A stretch of DNA of 62,181 nucleotides, the filler included, from Choristocarpus tenellus KU-1152 (taxonomy: Eukaryota > Protista > Phaeophyceae): the NCBI GenBank assembly GCA_964200185.2. It is 9 parts of 9 records of this genome, joined end to end, with 100 filler letters (N's around TTAATTAATTAA, not from the genome) between each part and the next. Parts side by side here need not be neighbours in the genome. Positions count along the whole stretch, not along the records: positions 36,506 to 47,197 come from CAXNAD020002781.1; positions 47,298 to 50,376 come from CAXNAD020022473.1; positions 50,477 to 56,211 come from CAXNAD020009881.1; 6 more parts are not named here. One strand, written 5' to 3'. Positions 39,337-53,846 of the stretch are shown here, in pieces. The translations under genes were made by a program, and so were the position numbers. Numbering within the stretch: position 1 is the first letter of the stretch; each line of letters begins with the position of its first letter. The notes beneath the pieces were generated by a model. It did not search any database, was not told the DNA's origin, and saw only the letters and a program-made list of their open reading frames with translations.

Positions 39337-41936
39337 TCAAGTCTGAGCAAAGAAGAGTGAAAAATATATCACGCCCTCCAACCTTGTTGATCACCCAACA
39401 GAGTGTGTTAAGGATATCAAGCAGTCAGTCTTCCCAACACACGTTACACATCCCTCAAACTCCTACCTTCCCTTCCTCGTCTCCAGTATCATGCCTACTA
39501 TCCTCAAAGTCTAGCGATGATGGCATCAAATGTTGCACTATGGGGGTCATGAATGGAAGTTGAGTAGACCAGACCCAAAGAAGCTTTCCCTCACCCAACC
39601 CAATGAATACTACGTAAGTACCCTTGTCTCATTTCCTCCATGAGTGGACCACCAACTCCTTTCCCACACCTTACCCACTCTGAAAGACTGTTGATCACTG
39701 CCTTAAGGGAAGAAACCGCTGAATACTCCAGCTTTGCATATACCAACAGTGATATTCTGTCTGGGGTCACATCCTTCACCACCTGCGACAGCCTAATTAG
39801 TTCCCACCTCCACTCTTACTTATCCCTATCCAATCACTCTCTTGGAGCAGGTCCGAAATGCATTAGAGCACAATGATGAGGAGCTCTTTCTCAACATAAT
39901 GAGACACTGTGGAAAGGAGAGCCGCAATGGCATTGCCAGACTCCTAGCTCAAGAAACGGCCTGTTGGCCTTCTTGAGTATCCCTGTACATAGAGTAAAAA
40001 AAACATGGAAGAATTAGAAACTTTTCGGTACTTCATCTCCTGCTTTCACACACACAAAACACACACACCTGCAAAAAAATGTGGTATTCCTATCACATTT
40101 TATCCCTCTCCCTCTTGTCTTTGCGAGATTGTATGCTTCATTCAATTATTTTTTGAGTGTCACAGATACCCTGTTGTAGTACAGGAGTAACTCTAAGACT
40201 CTTATTCCTCTGGGCAGTGTGGTAGAGGCTCCAGTAAGGTGGACATCTTTGTATGGTGTATCTGATTGCCCTTTTATCCTTTGCCGTCTAAAAATGAAAG
40301 GGTCCATTCAATGACCTCCATTTGTAACCACCACCAGCTTTGAGGGGGCTATGATATGTCAATCAGCATGAACTGGTGAATTTGTCAACAATTCACAACT
40401 CTCAGGCAAGTAACAGAAGCTCTAAAGCACCTCTCACTCCCAAAGCATATACTATGCTTGAAGTCTATGTATGTGTATTTGTGTGCATGTGTGTCCAGAG
40501 CACACTGTGTTTGTGGGGCCATCTTTTACAGGGAGCGACATTGCAGAGAATTAATACTTCAAATAATTACGCAAATTTGCACTATAGAGTTATTCCTCTT
40601 CTTGGTACACACCAAAACACATTGGTATCACAATGGGCCACGAAACCCTCCATTATCTTTGCACAAGCAATCTGATGCAGAAATAAGTCCTCTCAAAAAC
40701 GCACAAAAAAGCAGGCATCAGAATCCATGTTTTGCACTCCCAAAATCAGCAGGAGAATGGAAAGGTGGTTGAGGAATTGACAGTATCCTACAGAAAGAGA
40801 AAAAAATCTCGAGCTTTTCATTAATCATCTCGAAGCAATTCCACCAACTCAATGGAATCGAGGTGAAAGAAGTGGAACCAAGCGAGGAGCGCCGCCATGA
40901 ATGTTAAATAAAGTAAATCATGCACCATGCATACACGCGATCAAATGGTCAACTAATAAAAATTTTCAATTACAATCTCAATTAATCTCTGATCAAACAA
41001 ATCAACACGACTGAATTATCGCGATTTTTCAACACTAGTACAGTAGAAAGGTAGCAATGATTGAAATCATACCCAAAAGCATGTCCTGATCATCCTCCCG
41101 TTTTGTGTCAGATATCAAACAGCACACCCCCTCCCCTCCAATTGCTAGCAGCTTGAAGTGCAATCGTAATATTTCTCAAAGGAATTGACTACGTTGCACC
41201 CAGTCCTTCAAAGCCTCATCAAAACTATCCCCAAACAAGGCAACCAACTTGGGCCCATATCACATATTGCAGTGTACCCTAAGGATCACTGTTCTAACGA
41301 GCATTTCTTCTTGATCTACTCACTTTTTTTTGCACAGTAACACTTCCCCTTTCAGGAACCCAGTCCTTAAAAAGAGGTGAACAGCCAGCACTTGTAGAAG
41401 TAATTCCACCAAGTTTTCACATACACCACCCACACCAAGTTAATATATGTTCAGCTACTTGTTCAATCAGGTCCCATAATGTTTCGTAGCAACCTGCTCT
41501 ACAACTATTCCCAGAGCATTTCCTTCTTCCACATTCTTCCTCTCCACCCACCCCAACGACCTTGTTCATTCAGACCATCTGTTATGATAATAGCAAAGCA
41601 TATCATAGAATTACCCCCACTGCATATCATCTCTCTTTCATACTCATTTTCCAATAAAAATTGTTGGCTCCTCAAGCCAGATACGGGGAGCTGGACATAA
41701 CATCGCACATACGCCAGAACACATCAGAAGTATCACACAAGTTCTACGCTCAGACAGTTCCTCACAGATGCTCATCTCCACACTTACAACCATCTGCAAC
41801 AGCTTTCCCTTCCAATAGACCCTCACCAGCTCCCTACCCTCAACGTCAACAAACATGAACCTGCATCACCAACCAGTCACTTACACTGGCACTAGCAGGG
41901 ACAAGCTCACCTCCCATCCCCCTTCCCCCTGCCACA

Positions 41937-44900
41937 CTAGTACTCAATCTCAGGACCTTCCCCTATAACCCCCTTCATTTGGTTGGCACGGGTGCCAATA
42001 CCACCACCAGCCTTGCCCTTCTTTTTTGCTCCCTTTCGCTGCCGCAAACTGCTTCCCCCAAACAGGAACTCCTCCTTCCACTCTTCCATGGCTTCTCCGC
42101 CACGCCAAGCATCCCCCTCAAGAGCAGCCTCCCTGTATGGGGAAGAGTAAAATCAGTATTTACAGAAAAAATTCTTACAGCGGGCCAGGAGGGGACACAC
42201 AGCAATCATTGGTGAGAGTTCAAACGACATAGCACATCCTTGCGACAGTCGCACCCGGCAAGTGTAAAAGCAAGCATGTCACTTAGCAGGCAAGGGAGGA
42301 TGCAGGGTTGCCCAAAGATTTCTGTATGCGTGTTTGGTACATGCAATTGAGGATACTTTCTTCAACTAACTGGCAGAGCACGACTCTGTTATGCCACATT
42401 GCTGTGCATTGATGCTGGAGCTAGTCCTTGAATCATACTTTCCTTCTGATTATTATTTTTTCTATGGATTTGACTGATGGATTTGCCCTTTGTGGCACAG
42501 ATATTTTTGTTTTGTCTCATTGCATTGCAATTCGGACCAGAGGTTCACCTACATGACGCAGTGCTTTTTTTTTAATCTTTGAAGCACCACTGCATCAAAT
42601 TTTGAACTAATGTGTGATAAAGCAACCAAATATATCAATGCCAAAGGTACAATAACCCATCGCTTTCAAAACAGTAACACTTGACCTGCAGGGCTAGTCA
42701 CCAAGATAATCACCAAGAACGTAAAAATGTTCTGAAGTTCAAAGAACTAAAACTTGAAATTGTGATTCAGCACCATCCGTCGCTTGTGATCAAGGGTCCA
42801 TCTGTACACTGCTTGGAAGAGCAGTTCAGTAGGGAAATAAGAGCACTTGAAGATCCAACATTATGTGACCAATCAGTTCTGAGTGATCCATGAAACACTG
42901 AGGAGTACCAATAGACCTGGAAGCAGACATCACTCTTTCGATCCCCAAAACTGTTTGCACAGATCAATACAAAGGTTCTGAGTTGAAAAAAAAAATCGAA
43001 CATACCATGTTTGAAATCTGTACAACCAGTACAATATTTTAAAACACGTATTGGGTCAGAGAGTTATGTTCGTGCCAGAGGATCAACCACAGGACACAAG
43101 CAACTATTTAACCCACCGATTAAGTTCGCCTCCCAACTAACAAAACACCCTCAGATTACCGGTCTATCATTTTTAAATATTTCACCCTAATTCTCAACAA
43201 CGGTAGTAAATACTACATATTATTTAACGTGATTCAGTCAGACATATGGTACAACTATCAAAGAAATTAACAACAGTACAATGGTTCAACCTTACACCAC
43301 AAGCGGTATATATACACCAACAGCACAATTAAAACCTTCATGTCGATTGCCAACCCCCTAATAGGTATGTAGTCAGTGGGAATCTCTGATTTGTTATCAA
43401 AATTAGCACACACCTAAAAAAATAGTTGTATATACTTCCCTGTTCTGAATTACTCTCAAATCACCAATATTTCCTGAATCTTGACCAGTTCAGCTTGTAA
43501 AGTTTTCTTCCTCTACTTGTGTAACAGTGTGCTTACCAGCCAGTCACAACAATTAAACACCTCTGTATCACACCACGACCAACGATTGGGCAACGTTTTT
43601 TTCTTTACAACCCTTTACGATGATGTAGTATTTACGATATCACTATGGGTACCAAAAATCCGTGCAATCAACCCTTTAAACAGAACTCAGGACACAATTG
43701 ACCTAGGAGAACAAAAGGGACCACAGACCACAGGACCATTGAGTGGCACCACAACTTTTGTGAATGGAATCCTCTCCTTTGTGCATAGTTCAAGTAAAGC
43801 ATGCACCCCTCCCACCCACAACATATTCATGTTCTCCCAAGCCGTATGCCCTCCCCCCAGCACCTGGCTGCATCATCAAGGAAGTCCCAAGTATCAGTCC
43901 CCAGCTTCCGGCGAGCCCAGTACTCCCTATCTGATATCGCCACCTCCGCCTTCAAGAGCTGAGCCTTCTTTAGCTTACCATAATGCCAGATAGACCTGGT
44001 GCAACATTGAGAAAGGAAATGTAGATAAGGGCAACCAGTTCACTGGTTGGATAGGGTGGGCAAGGGGGATGGGAATGAAGCTGTACTAGATGCACCCTCA
44101 CAAAAGGTTATGCAAGGGCAGCACCATGAACAGAACAAAGATAAATGTGCTGACAATACATACTCTGCACAACTTGTGCACCGCACTTTATCTTTTAGTC
44201 CAAGGATACACGGACTAAAAGCTGTTTCACATCACCAGTCTCAGCAATGATTCAGAATCGCATCGCTTCAACTCTAGCAAGTCAAAAAGAAGGGCACACC
44301 AATCTGAATATATATTTCAACATCAAGGTGGTAATGATTGGAGTCCCTCCCTATGCTTATCTACCTTGCTTGCTCTAACCCTCCATCTCCCCCCGCCAAC
44401 AACCTCCCCATCTTCACTGTTGCTAGCACTTCCATCTCAGCCTCCTCTATTGTGCCTCTTTTAACCCTAACCCTGCTGAAACCCCTCACATTGCCAAGTT
44501 GACGGGAAGCTGCGCCAGGATCACCACTGGCTGGTCTTTCCAAGTTGGCTTGCGGCAACCACCCTTGATTTCCACCTTAAGGGCCAGTTCTTCAATCACT
44601 GCAGCCAGTTCAGCCTCCTTCTCCTTCCGAGATTGCTTTATTGCCTTACCTGAACGATCGCAGGAAGTCAACATACCACAGGTTAATTAAACAGAGCTAC
44701 TATCCTACTCTACACTTTCCAACACCCCATATGAGATAGCCAAATGTCCGTATCCACTGAAAAGAGGTACCCGTGCTAACAATGACATGCAATACTTGGC
44801 ATGAGCGAAGAAATCCCTCACATTCCTCCCTGATTGCCTAACATGGCAAGGATTTGTCTCACATGTTGGAAACATTCTCGTCAACCTTTCAATACCCTTG

Positions 44901-46915
44901 GCATCTTAATCATGAAGAACGGCAGGGTGCTTGCACAAAAACATTAGTCCAACCTCCATGTGGGTCGTGAGGTATAGTAAGAGAGATTAAAACCAGAAGC
45001 TCACTGCACTACATTACATGTTGTACATCCCTCGGAATATGACGAAACTTTTCCTGTCCGAGATGGCTGCCTGGTGAGGGACAAGAATAATTTGGTAATC
45101 ATCAGCACTAAATTTTCCAAAACCCCCCAATTCTGCTGTGATTCAATTCAATCATACGCTTCCAACTGCCCCTGACCTCCATTTTTCACTTGTTTGATCA
45201 GTTTTGAATAACTTTTTGACCTCAATCCTTGACTCTTCATCTGAAGTATATTGGAAAACTGGCATCTCACTTGATTCCCATTTTGGGGGCCCATGTTGAA
45301 CAATAATAATACACTTTTTACAATAAACGAAAAACGTATACTTGAAGCTCCACAAAAGAGCAGCCCTCAACGCTGTTAGATTCCAGCCCCCGACAAACTA
45401 GAATGCTGTACAGGCGCAAAGAACCTCTGAGTAAGAAAGAGGTCAGTTTCAACCTGTCGACAATGTCTTAGAAATGGAAAGAGTAAACAAGCAAATGCTG
45501 TGTTTTCTCACCCCCCTTTTCCTTGCCCTTGCCCCCCTTGCGCTCAGACAGTAAGGCTTCTGCATCCCGCCGAAGCTGCATTGTCTGGACGCGTGACGCA
45601 GGCAACAGGCACAAATAAGTAGGGAAGGAAGATTGATCGTCTGGTGAACAATGGCCTGCAGAAATCACTGTTCAATTCCTTGCATCGAAAATCAAATTAT
45701 CGAAACCTCCCAATCCCTTAGTCAGTCCTACTTTCCATTCATGATTCGGACCGTTCCTCTCCATTCCTCACCGTGGCAGACCCCCCAGACTTGGGGCCAA
45801 GATTCTTCTCCGCTGCCACCCTGAGATACTTGACTGCAGAATTATACTTTGTAATTTGAATGCCAGGCATTAGAATTGAGATCAGCACCAGGAGACCAAA
45901 CAGAACTGCTCGGACATCTGTTTCTGCAGCGTACTTCAGCACCCAGTGGTGCCCATACTCCTGCCAATAGGCATCCTTGTGACAGGGAAGGTAGAAAAGA
46001 AGAGGAGAGAAGATTTAGGGGGGAAATAACCTTAGGGCAAAGGTAAATTCAGGTCTGGGACTTGTGATGACAGAGAAGCACAGCGAAACAGACATCACTA
46101 CATTAAGGCCTCCTGCGCTCTGATCGCTTGGTTCGGGGTAGGTTGGAAGGGCATTGTGTCTTGACCGTTGCCTTGGGAAAATCAAGCAGCCTCCCAACGA
46201 AGTAGGTGAAGGAACATTCTTCAATCTGCTCCATAGTTTTTGGACTTCATTTTTCTCCGGATAAGATCGAGTACTCACTGGGTGATCGAGGAAAAAGTCG
46301 TACTTCTTGCTCAGCTCAAGGTCCATGAACACTCCATAGGCCTTGGTAATACTCTGAACAGGATGAATAGAAGCAGAGAATTTGCGACTGTGAGCTGGAG
46401 GAGCGATACATTCTCTCTTGCAAGGAACAAATATTGTTGAAGTCACTCCTCACGTATTCTTTGGTGCTTGTGAAACCTCCTTAGTCAAGCCCAGCAAGCA
46501 CGTAACGCTGAGGTGAAATTAGTTCTCCTACACTGAAGAGTAAGTTTTCTAACGCAGACGATTGACAAGTGCACCGATTGCGATCAATACATACGTAGAT
46601 AGAAGTTTCAAAACTCTATGTGGGCTGCATTTGACGATACCTCCACACATTTTCTCTCCTACATGCTATCCTCACTTTAAAGCGCTCTTGTGCTGCAGGG
46701 CTTGGGTTTTTGTCGGGGTGGTTCTCCAGCGAAAGAGTTCGGTAAGCCTTTCGAATCTCTGTCTTTTCTGCACCCCTCTTTAGCCCAAGCAAGCTATAGC
46801 ACTCTTCATCCCCACAGAACTTGTTGTGTGGGTCCTTGAATGCAAGGGATAGGTGCAAAGCCACGATCAAAGACAGTGACGCCAAAAATCTTGCACAAAG
46901 CCTCCCCCTCACCAT
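41937..46915 (-). CDS. DNAJC25: DnaJ homolog subfamily C member 25-like ER membrane J-protein, complete; exons 46915-46676, 46353-46279, 45975-45772, 45584-45512, 44649-44490, 43995-43864, 42132-41937
   Basis: Signal peptide, FCGDEECYSLLG, J-domain HPD, YDFFLDHP|DAYWQEYG...DVRAVLFGLLVLIS (TM), VEIKGGCRKPTW, DREYWARRKLG...WDFLDD. All six introns are GT-AG and in phase to a TAG stop. Confidence 0.88.
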
Positions 46916-47197
46916 CCTTTCTTTCCTTCTCTTTTTCAACACGTCCAAGTCCCTTCTTGCTAAACACCAGGGTTTAAAGGTGTTTGATCACTATAGATGA
47001 GGTATCACATAGGTAGGAACCACCACTTCAAAAGTACGGGATAGAAAAGTGGTATATATTATTCCCCACCGATCTCGATAAAAATCGGTGGTGCAACGAT
47101 TTATCATGTTATTGTGAATTAATTCTACACTATTGTGAATCGTGTGATTCTGTGGCGGCGTGGTTCACTCAGGCAAGGGTGGCGAAGAGAATCACCG

Positions 47198-47297
47198 NNN
47201 NNNNNNNNNNNNNNNNNNNNNNNNNNNNNNNNNNNNNNNNNTTAATTAATTAANNNNNNNNNNNNNNNNNNNNNNNNNNNNNNNNNNNNNNNNNNNN
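47198..47297. other. Artificial contig spacer
   Basis: N44-TTAATTAATTAA-N44. Confidence 0.98.
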
Positions 47298-49110
47298 ATT
47301 CCTCTTCCTTCGTAGTCTATGTATCATATACAATGCATTCGATTGAGGTTTCAACATTGCCTTGATGCTCTCATACCCAGTCTTCAAAAGAGTCTCTTTA
47401 TATGAGAGGCTGAGATTAGTGTATTCCTCTTCGTGGAGACCTATGCAACAAAGGATGTATTTGTGGTTAGGTGGAAGCGGAGATTCACGGAGTATCCTCG
47501 CCATACATCCACATATCAGAATGCAAAGTACTTCATCCTTGAGCATTCGAATCATAAGCTCAAGTGAGACACCTGAGGTCCTGCCACAAAAATCTCGACT
47601 GTATCGTCAAAAACTCAATGCTTTCTGAATCCTCTAACTAATCTCAACATTAGTAGTGGCATCATCTTTGATGGTTCCCCCAAGGCAAAAGAACTTATTA
47701 GTCTGCTGTAGGTCTGAACCAATGCCTGAATCTGTGTACGTGTCAGCATCTTGATTAGGGTGTCTTAGTCTTTGGTGTCGCAACTGGTAGGCAAATGATC
47801 TAGCCACCTTCAGAAGCACTGTCATCATCCTCGCCATACTGTTACAGACGATGAGCGTGTGTATTGCTTCTCACGCTCTGACCCACGCTAACAGCAATAA
47901 TGCGCAGGAACAGCCCAAAAGGGAACGTTCCAGTCGCTATAGTTACGGTGTAAAACCTGAAACTCGTGAATAAAGCAAAAGGTTTCACTAATGGCTATTG
48001 AAGACTTCACATTTCATATTCCAATCCTGATCTTTTTCATCCACCCCTGGTCTCTGATTCTAGTCGTACAGTAAACTTAAGAATGGCAATGTCTTACTCT
48101 TGACAACATGATAACTGCCCATTTTCTTTGGTTCTCAGCTATCGATACATCACAGGTGCAGTCTGCGGGCCTCATCATCAGCCTAAAGGGTCGTGGATTA
48201 GAGTTAGATGTCCCGTTAGGGTGAGCAGTGGGAGCGTTTGTAATAACATCTCCTTGAGTCTTCTAGACAGTGCCCACACCATTGCACAAGAGTGCCGCAC
48301 AAAAGCCACTCAAGTGTTTAATCCCACTCCCTGGCGCTCCTCCCCCTCTGATCGGGCTGGTGGCGGTTGGTCTCTTGATGCCATCAAGGTTCTCATAGAT
48401 GGGTCGTTCAGAGGCAAACTCCTAAACTACCACATTTAACACCGCATTTAAGAAGATACTTAAGAGAAGCAGAGGAAGGACACACCCGTGCCGAAGGCCC
48501 TGTCCAACCTCTAACCATTCTATGCCATCAATATCATTCATGTGAACACATTCCCTCATACCACCATGGAATTTACTGATGACAGATATCGTCTTGGGAG
48601 GTGCGCCAAATTCGACTATTGCACCACAGGAGAATACGTTCAATGGAGTAAGATGCTTTCTGTAGATTGATAAAGCACATGAAGAGGGGCAAATCTTTTT
48701 GCTGGCCAAGATCTTGGAGGTCACGCAGACTGTATTGTGTCCCTTTGGAGTGTTAAGAGTAGAAAACCACTCTGTTCCTCAGGAAGGATGAGCTCCTGTT
48801 CCAGGTAATCCCCCAACCGCAGTACAACTTCTGAGGAGGACTTCGCTGGCATGTGCCACCAATGAGATAGATGCCCCTGTAGCTGTAACAATTAGTGCGG
48901 TCCTTCTTCTTGTAGAGCATGGTGATGATTGTGTCCGTCCATATCTATGGCATGACTTCCTGGATCCGCACAGCCAACACAATCTTATGGAAACTCTGGA
49001 GGATACCCACGTCCTCCTAAGGAAAAGCTTCAGGGGCTCTGAACTTGAAGATTATCGGGACCCATACCCTTCCCATTTCCCATTGTCTGGAATTACTCTA
49101 TTCATTTTTG
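47298..49110 (-). mobile_element. RTE-clade LINE relic, interrupted at ~47860-48350
   Basis: ISLVAHASEVLL, EFGAPPKTISVISKFHGGMRECV, EVGQGLRHGCVLPLLL, MARMMTVL, FFCLGGTI, IRMLKDEV. Confidence 0.85.
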
Positions 49111-49143
49111 GAGTACAATGAGATGATGACAAACGAAAATATC

Positions 49144-49187
49144 AAGAACAAGAACAATAACAACAAGAACAAGAACAAGAATAACAA
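49144..49187. repeat. (AAGAAC/AAC)n microsatellite
   Basis: Seen directly. Confidence 0.8.
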
Positions 49188-50376
49188 TTGCTATGGTTAT
49201 ATTTTAAGCTGAAGACTCCAGGAAGATCGGCAAGAAGGGGTTTGTTAGATTCTTGGGATGCCTCCCTAGTTCCTCAACCTGGGGTGAAGGAATTAGGTAG
49301 GTTGGAGGCACAGGAAGGCATGGTACAGCATACCTAGTAGTAAAATAGTAAATAGATCAGTGTTTTTCACTTCTATGACAACTGTTACTTTTATAGGGAT
49401 TTTTCTGCCATGTAAATAGTATTCATTGTTTTTCCTCTGAGATACCTGGAAAATGTCAGAGAGCATAATAATATTATATTATATAAGAACGTAATATATT
49501 ATAGTATGTAAAAATAGTATGGTTTTGGCGAATCTGATCTATTTTGGTCGAATGTGCAACGCAAATCATTTTTCGACGAAAACTAATATTGATAGCACTC
49601 TTGTCGTTCAGTGATAAGGCGGGGAGCTCTCCTCTTGACGTATATCTTTTCCGATCGTCCTCTGCGTGGCAAGCTCAAATGGCTGTACACCGTATATCTA
49701 TCCTCTCTGTACCTATACTACAAAAACGCCAGACCATGATCAAAGTGGAAGCTTCAGGATAGGTCAGGAGAAGATTCAAGGGATAGACAAACACACATGT
49801 GATGGGAGTACTAAGCCACTTTTCTAGAAACAAGGAAGAACGGACAGTACAATTTAAGCAGTAATAAGCATGAGACGTAGCGCAATGTGTAGTGCCTCTA
49901 ACCATAGGTAGGGATAATCCCCAGACTAAGGTAACACGAAAAACAATAAACATACATTATCAATAAGATACTACTTGCTATATATAATCCAGAGGAATTG
50001 TCTAGGGGTACTTGCCTTTGCCTTCGCCCAATGCCACACATGGGGTAGACGAGTACTATCCCTCAAGAATGCTTGGCTTGATTTGCACAGTGCTCTCTAA
50101 ATTACATAATATCTTGGCTAGTATTGTAGACTGATGTTCTGTTACAGGCGCCCCTCAATGCTCACCTTCCAGGATGTACAACTCAAATCCAACGGCTTCA
50201 AAACGACGCTACGAGGGGGGTCCACAGATGATAACCACGTACGGTGTCAACTTGATGTTTAGCTCAGTCGATGTGTTGCTTTCACTTTATCAAAAGAGGT
50301 TCAATTAAAAAGGTCTGAGGGTGTGGTGGTTCGTATCGGCCTTCTATTAGCATCATCCACCAGTTTTCTACAGCCA

Positions 50377-50476
50377 NNNNNNNNNNNNNNNNNNNNNNNN
50401 NNNNNNNNNNNNNNNNNNNNTTAATTAATTAANNNNNNNNNNNNNNNNNNNNNNNNNNNNNNNNNNNNNNNNNNNN
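50377..50476. other. Artificial contig spacer
   Basis: N44-TTAATTAATTAA-N44. Confidence 0.98.
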
Positions 50477-51319
50477 CCATCCTTCCTTTGCATCCCCCCT
50501 CCGCGAATCGAAAAAACGAAATTAGTTGCGTATACGGAATCTTAAAAAAAATAATGTGCTGCTTTGCCAAAAAAAAAAAAAGGAAGAAAAAGATCGCGGA
50601 ATACAAACAAATCTTAAAAAAAACAAAAAAAAAACAGAACCGTTACGTACGTTACATCCTCTTCTTTCCGCACAGTAATCGTTTTTAGTCGACCAACACA
50701 AGGGGGCATGGCATAATACAGGCAAACCCAACCCCTTGTGCTAGGCATTGAACAACAAACACTCTTTATCTTTGGAGCAACTGGTACCGCCGCCATGCAG
50801 ATGATCATCCTGGTATCGGACGCGTTCTACGGAAAAAAAATAAAAAAAATAAAAAATCAAGCATTGCCATGGACATCGAATATATATAGGCCAGAAACGA
50901 TCGACTGTTCAAGGGTAACTAACACTGACTGGCGCCGCCGACCAAGGGTGCTGTTTTCTGAGGCGTGATTTTTTTTTTTTCGCCTTTTTGTTGCAATCCT
51001 AGTCCTTGAGGAACAAAAAAATCATGCAGTTGGTTGTTTTGTATTATCTTATTTCGTTTATATATATATTGTGTGTTTGTGTGTGTGTGTGTGCATTTAT
51101 ATGGGGGCTATATATTCAAGGTGTTTTTTTTAAGGTTTTTGAGGTGGTTGTACCCTGTTGAAAAAGCTTTCAAATCACATTGAAGTTGTAATTGATTTCG
51201 CCCGTATCATGTTAACACATTTTCTTCGGGTTCTTGCCTTTTCTTGGTTATCTTTCTAGAGATGTACAGTAACTGCTTAATATATTTAGTATCTTCTCTA
51301 AAATTTGCAACTGCTTGGT

Positions 51320-51600
51320 TTGTACTTAGCACCTCCTTTTAACTTCATTCCTGATTTTACTTAGCACCTGCCCTGTACTTAGTACCTTTCTTGAGCTGAG
51401 CAATTAGTGCCTCCTTGGTCCTCAGTACCTGCTTTGTACTTGGTGCCTGCTCTGTAAACTGCACCTGATATATGCTTAGTAACTAAATTAAAACCTTCTA
51501 ACCTCTTTGTACTTGGTGCCTACTCTGTAAACTGCACCTGATATATGCTTAGTAACTAAATTAAAACCTTCTAACCTCGTTGTACTTGGTGCCTGCTTCG
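51320..51600. repeat. Minisatellite of GTACTTAGCACCTGC-like units containing a near-exact 73-bp tandem duplication (51434 and 51507)
   Basis: Seen directly. Confidence 0.85.
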
Positions 51601-52065
51601 TACTGTATAGCTTGTTTGAACACTGTGACTGCAATGAATTGTACTTGATACTGTTCTTCATTTCACTTCTGCCTACGCTCCGGAATTGCATCCGAGTGAC
51701 AGAGTTTCTTTTCCTTTTTTCCAGAGGCCCGACCGATTCACCGTAAGAAAATCGGTGAACAAAATAAAATAAAAACTTTCAAACCACTAAAGAAAGAAAA
51801 GAGCATTTTCACAACACAGTTCTTGATATATAGCGATCGTGCTTCAACCTTTCTAACCTTGCCGAAAGATTTCAACTCGAGTGTTCATTGAGAAACACGA
51901 TTCTGCTAATCAACCGTTCCTGCACAAAACAAATCTTCTCCCCATGACACCCCCCAATTAGAACAACCCACCATCAAGCGCAGTGAACTAAAACTTAGGA
52001 ACACCCCAACGATGCCACCGTCTGCAAGAGAGTGTCTCATAACGACTCCTTCCCACCCACCTCAC

Positions 52066-53846
52066 CCGCTCATAGTAGCCGCGGTAGGCCCAGCTTTTAC
52101 GTCCTTGTCATCCCCTTGCTCTATCTCTCCCTCCCCAACCCTGCTACCCTCTACCCCACCTATTTCCTCACCCTTGCGTCCCCAAGCAAGGTCCTGTGAA
52201 GAATTCACTGGAGGGTCCCACTGTTGTGAACCCTCCCCCCTGCCTGTTCCCCGATCACCAGGTCCTCTTGGGCCTACAGCAGCAGCGGTTGTTACTGCTG
52301 TAGCCCTGGACTTGAAAGCGTGGGTAAATTGCTGAAGGCTTTTCACAACCTCCGCTGCCAGTGGATGCCTAAGCTTGTCAAGGAATACATCATACGGTAT
52401 GGAGTCTGCTCTGTGGCAAGGGATCGGCTTGTTGTCTCCAATGTGAGCATCCTATAGAAAAAAATGTTTTAGGGCCAGAGTTAGGATTAGAGTTATGGAC
52501 AATGAAATGGACACGTTAGAATATTGTATCAGCAAAGTGTGAGACATGTTTACGATCATCTATCACAGAACATGGATAACAGATCTTTACATTGTGATAC
52601 ATTGATTTGGAAAAAAGACCACATCCAACACGTTGAATAAAGAGGATAAGCACTACTGTTCTTGATCACTGTTCTTGGACTAAGTACGTAGATGTCGGCA
52701 ATACAGGATAAAATATCCCACACAGATTCTGACTTGGAGGCTATGGTGAAGTGCTTGTGCGTAGTTTCTGCTGACTCACAGCAGTTGAGGGTCTGGGTTC
52801 CTTGAGGACACACCACACAAACATTCGCACCTCGACCATGGAGGGCCTCAGAATAGCAGCGAGGTCCCCGGAGGGTGATTCCTCTGAATCTCCCGCCAGC
52901 ACGCTCAGAAAGTCGTGGAACTGGACTGCAGACGGGAAAAGCTTCTCGGGAAATGCATCAACAAGACGATGGGGCGATAGGAAGAGGTCATGAAGGTGAG
53001 AAATGGTGTTGACGGAATGTATGTTGCTGTGGTATTGGATATTGGGATGTGTGGGCAAGGAAACGAAGCCCAACAACATGAGGTTACGTCATCCTTTGGC
53101 CACACCCGACCAGTAGTGCGAGTGTACCCGAGAGCATTTGCGGCGCACCACACAGCCTGTCACAGTTGCGGCACACTAGGGACAAAATCAGGGAAGAGAG
53201 TCGTGCTCTCTGTCATACCAAAGTCTTCGCTGATGTGAGATCACGCAAAAATAGAAAATAATAAAATCTGTAAGATATCTTCGTGAAAGCAAGTTTGCCT
53301 CTGTAAGCAATGCTCTAAACTAGCCGAAACTCACACAGAGCTGTCCACAAGAACTTGGACAACCCTTGTCAGTCCAAGACTATAAGGAAGTGAATGTACA
53401 GGGAGGAATAACATAATATGTTGTGCATACAGCCTCTCTCTGCAAGGTCCCTGGGTCAACACGATTAAGCATCAAGCGGCTGGGGTAGAAGAGAAAGACA
53501 ACACTTCCGCTACATAGGGTGTCAGAGTTGATCAATGGTAAACCTTGCTTCGTTGTTTGGAAAACACACCAAATGACTTAAGCTTTTTTACCCGCTCTAG
53601 TTCTCCTTCCGCCTTGCGACCATTCTCTGCAGCCTCGTCTTCCCTCCTTCGTCGAGCACCGTGCATTCCTTCCTCCACTCCACGTGCCTCCTCTACCCAT
53701 GCCGCACGTTTCCGTCTGGCCTCGGCCAGGAGTTCTGTCCGACGTTGGGGATCAAAGCCTACGCTGACCCTCCGTACCCTCCGTACCTTCGGCCCATTTG
53801 AGTCATTCCCTTGATCATGTGATGTGAGACCCAAATTTGAGCTCAT
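52066..53846 (-). CDS. VPS9/Rabex-5-like Rab5 GEF, 5' part; exons 53846-53544, 53156-53088, 52920-52831, 52451-52066
   Basis: Exon 4 encodes PYDVFLDKLRHPLAAEVVKSLQQFTHAF, resembling the helical bundle preceding VPS9 domains (FLERMRKPSAGDFVKSIKSF in plant VPS9a). Exons join in phase; the VPS9 domain itself is not found on this contig. Confidence 0.6.

Noticed and set aside
37503-39350. Antisense ORFs over the coiled-coil gene (and likewise 56874-58229 over Tic20)
   Set aside because: Shadow ORFs of GC-rich coding sequence with no recognisable motifs.
39350-41900. Possible extra minus-strand gene between the coiled-coil gene and DNAJC25
   Set aside because: Some exon-like pieces (e.g. VVKDVTPDRISLLVYAKLEY) exist, but I could not build a stop-free chain or recognise a family.
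43460-43520. Extra DNAJC25 exon (RKKTLQAEL)
   Set aside because: Exon 43864-43995 already splices in phase to 42132 with better family similarity; the splice sites here are weak.
49600-50260. Possible 5' exons of a plus-strand gene
   Set aside because: Open frames with splice-like ends, but no start, homology or consistent phase could be established.
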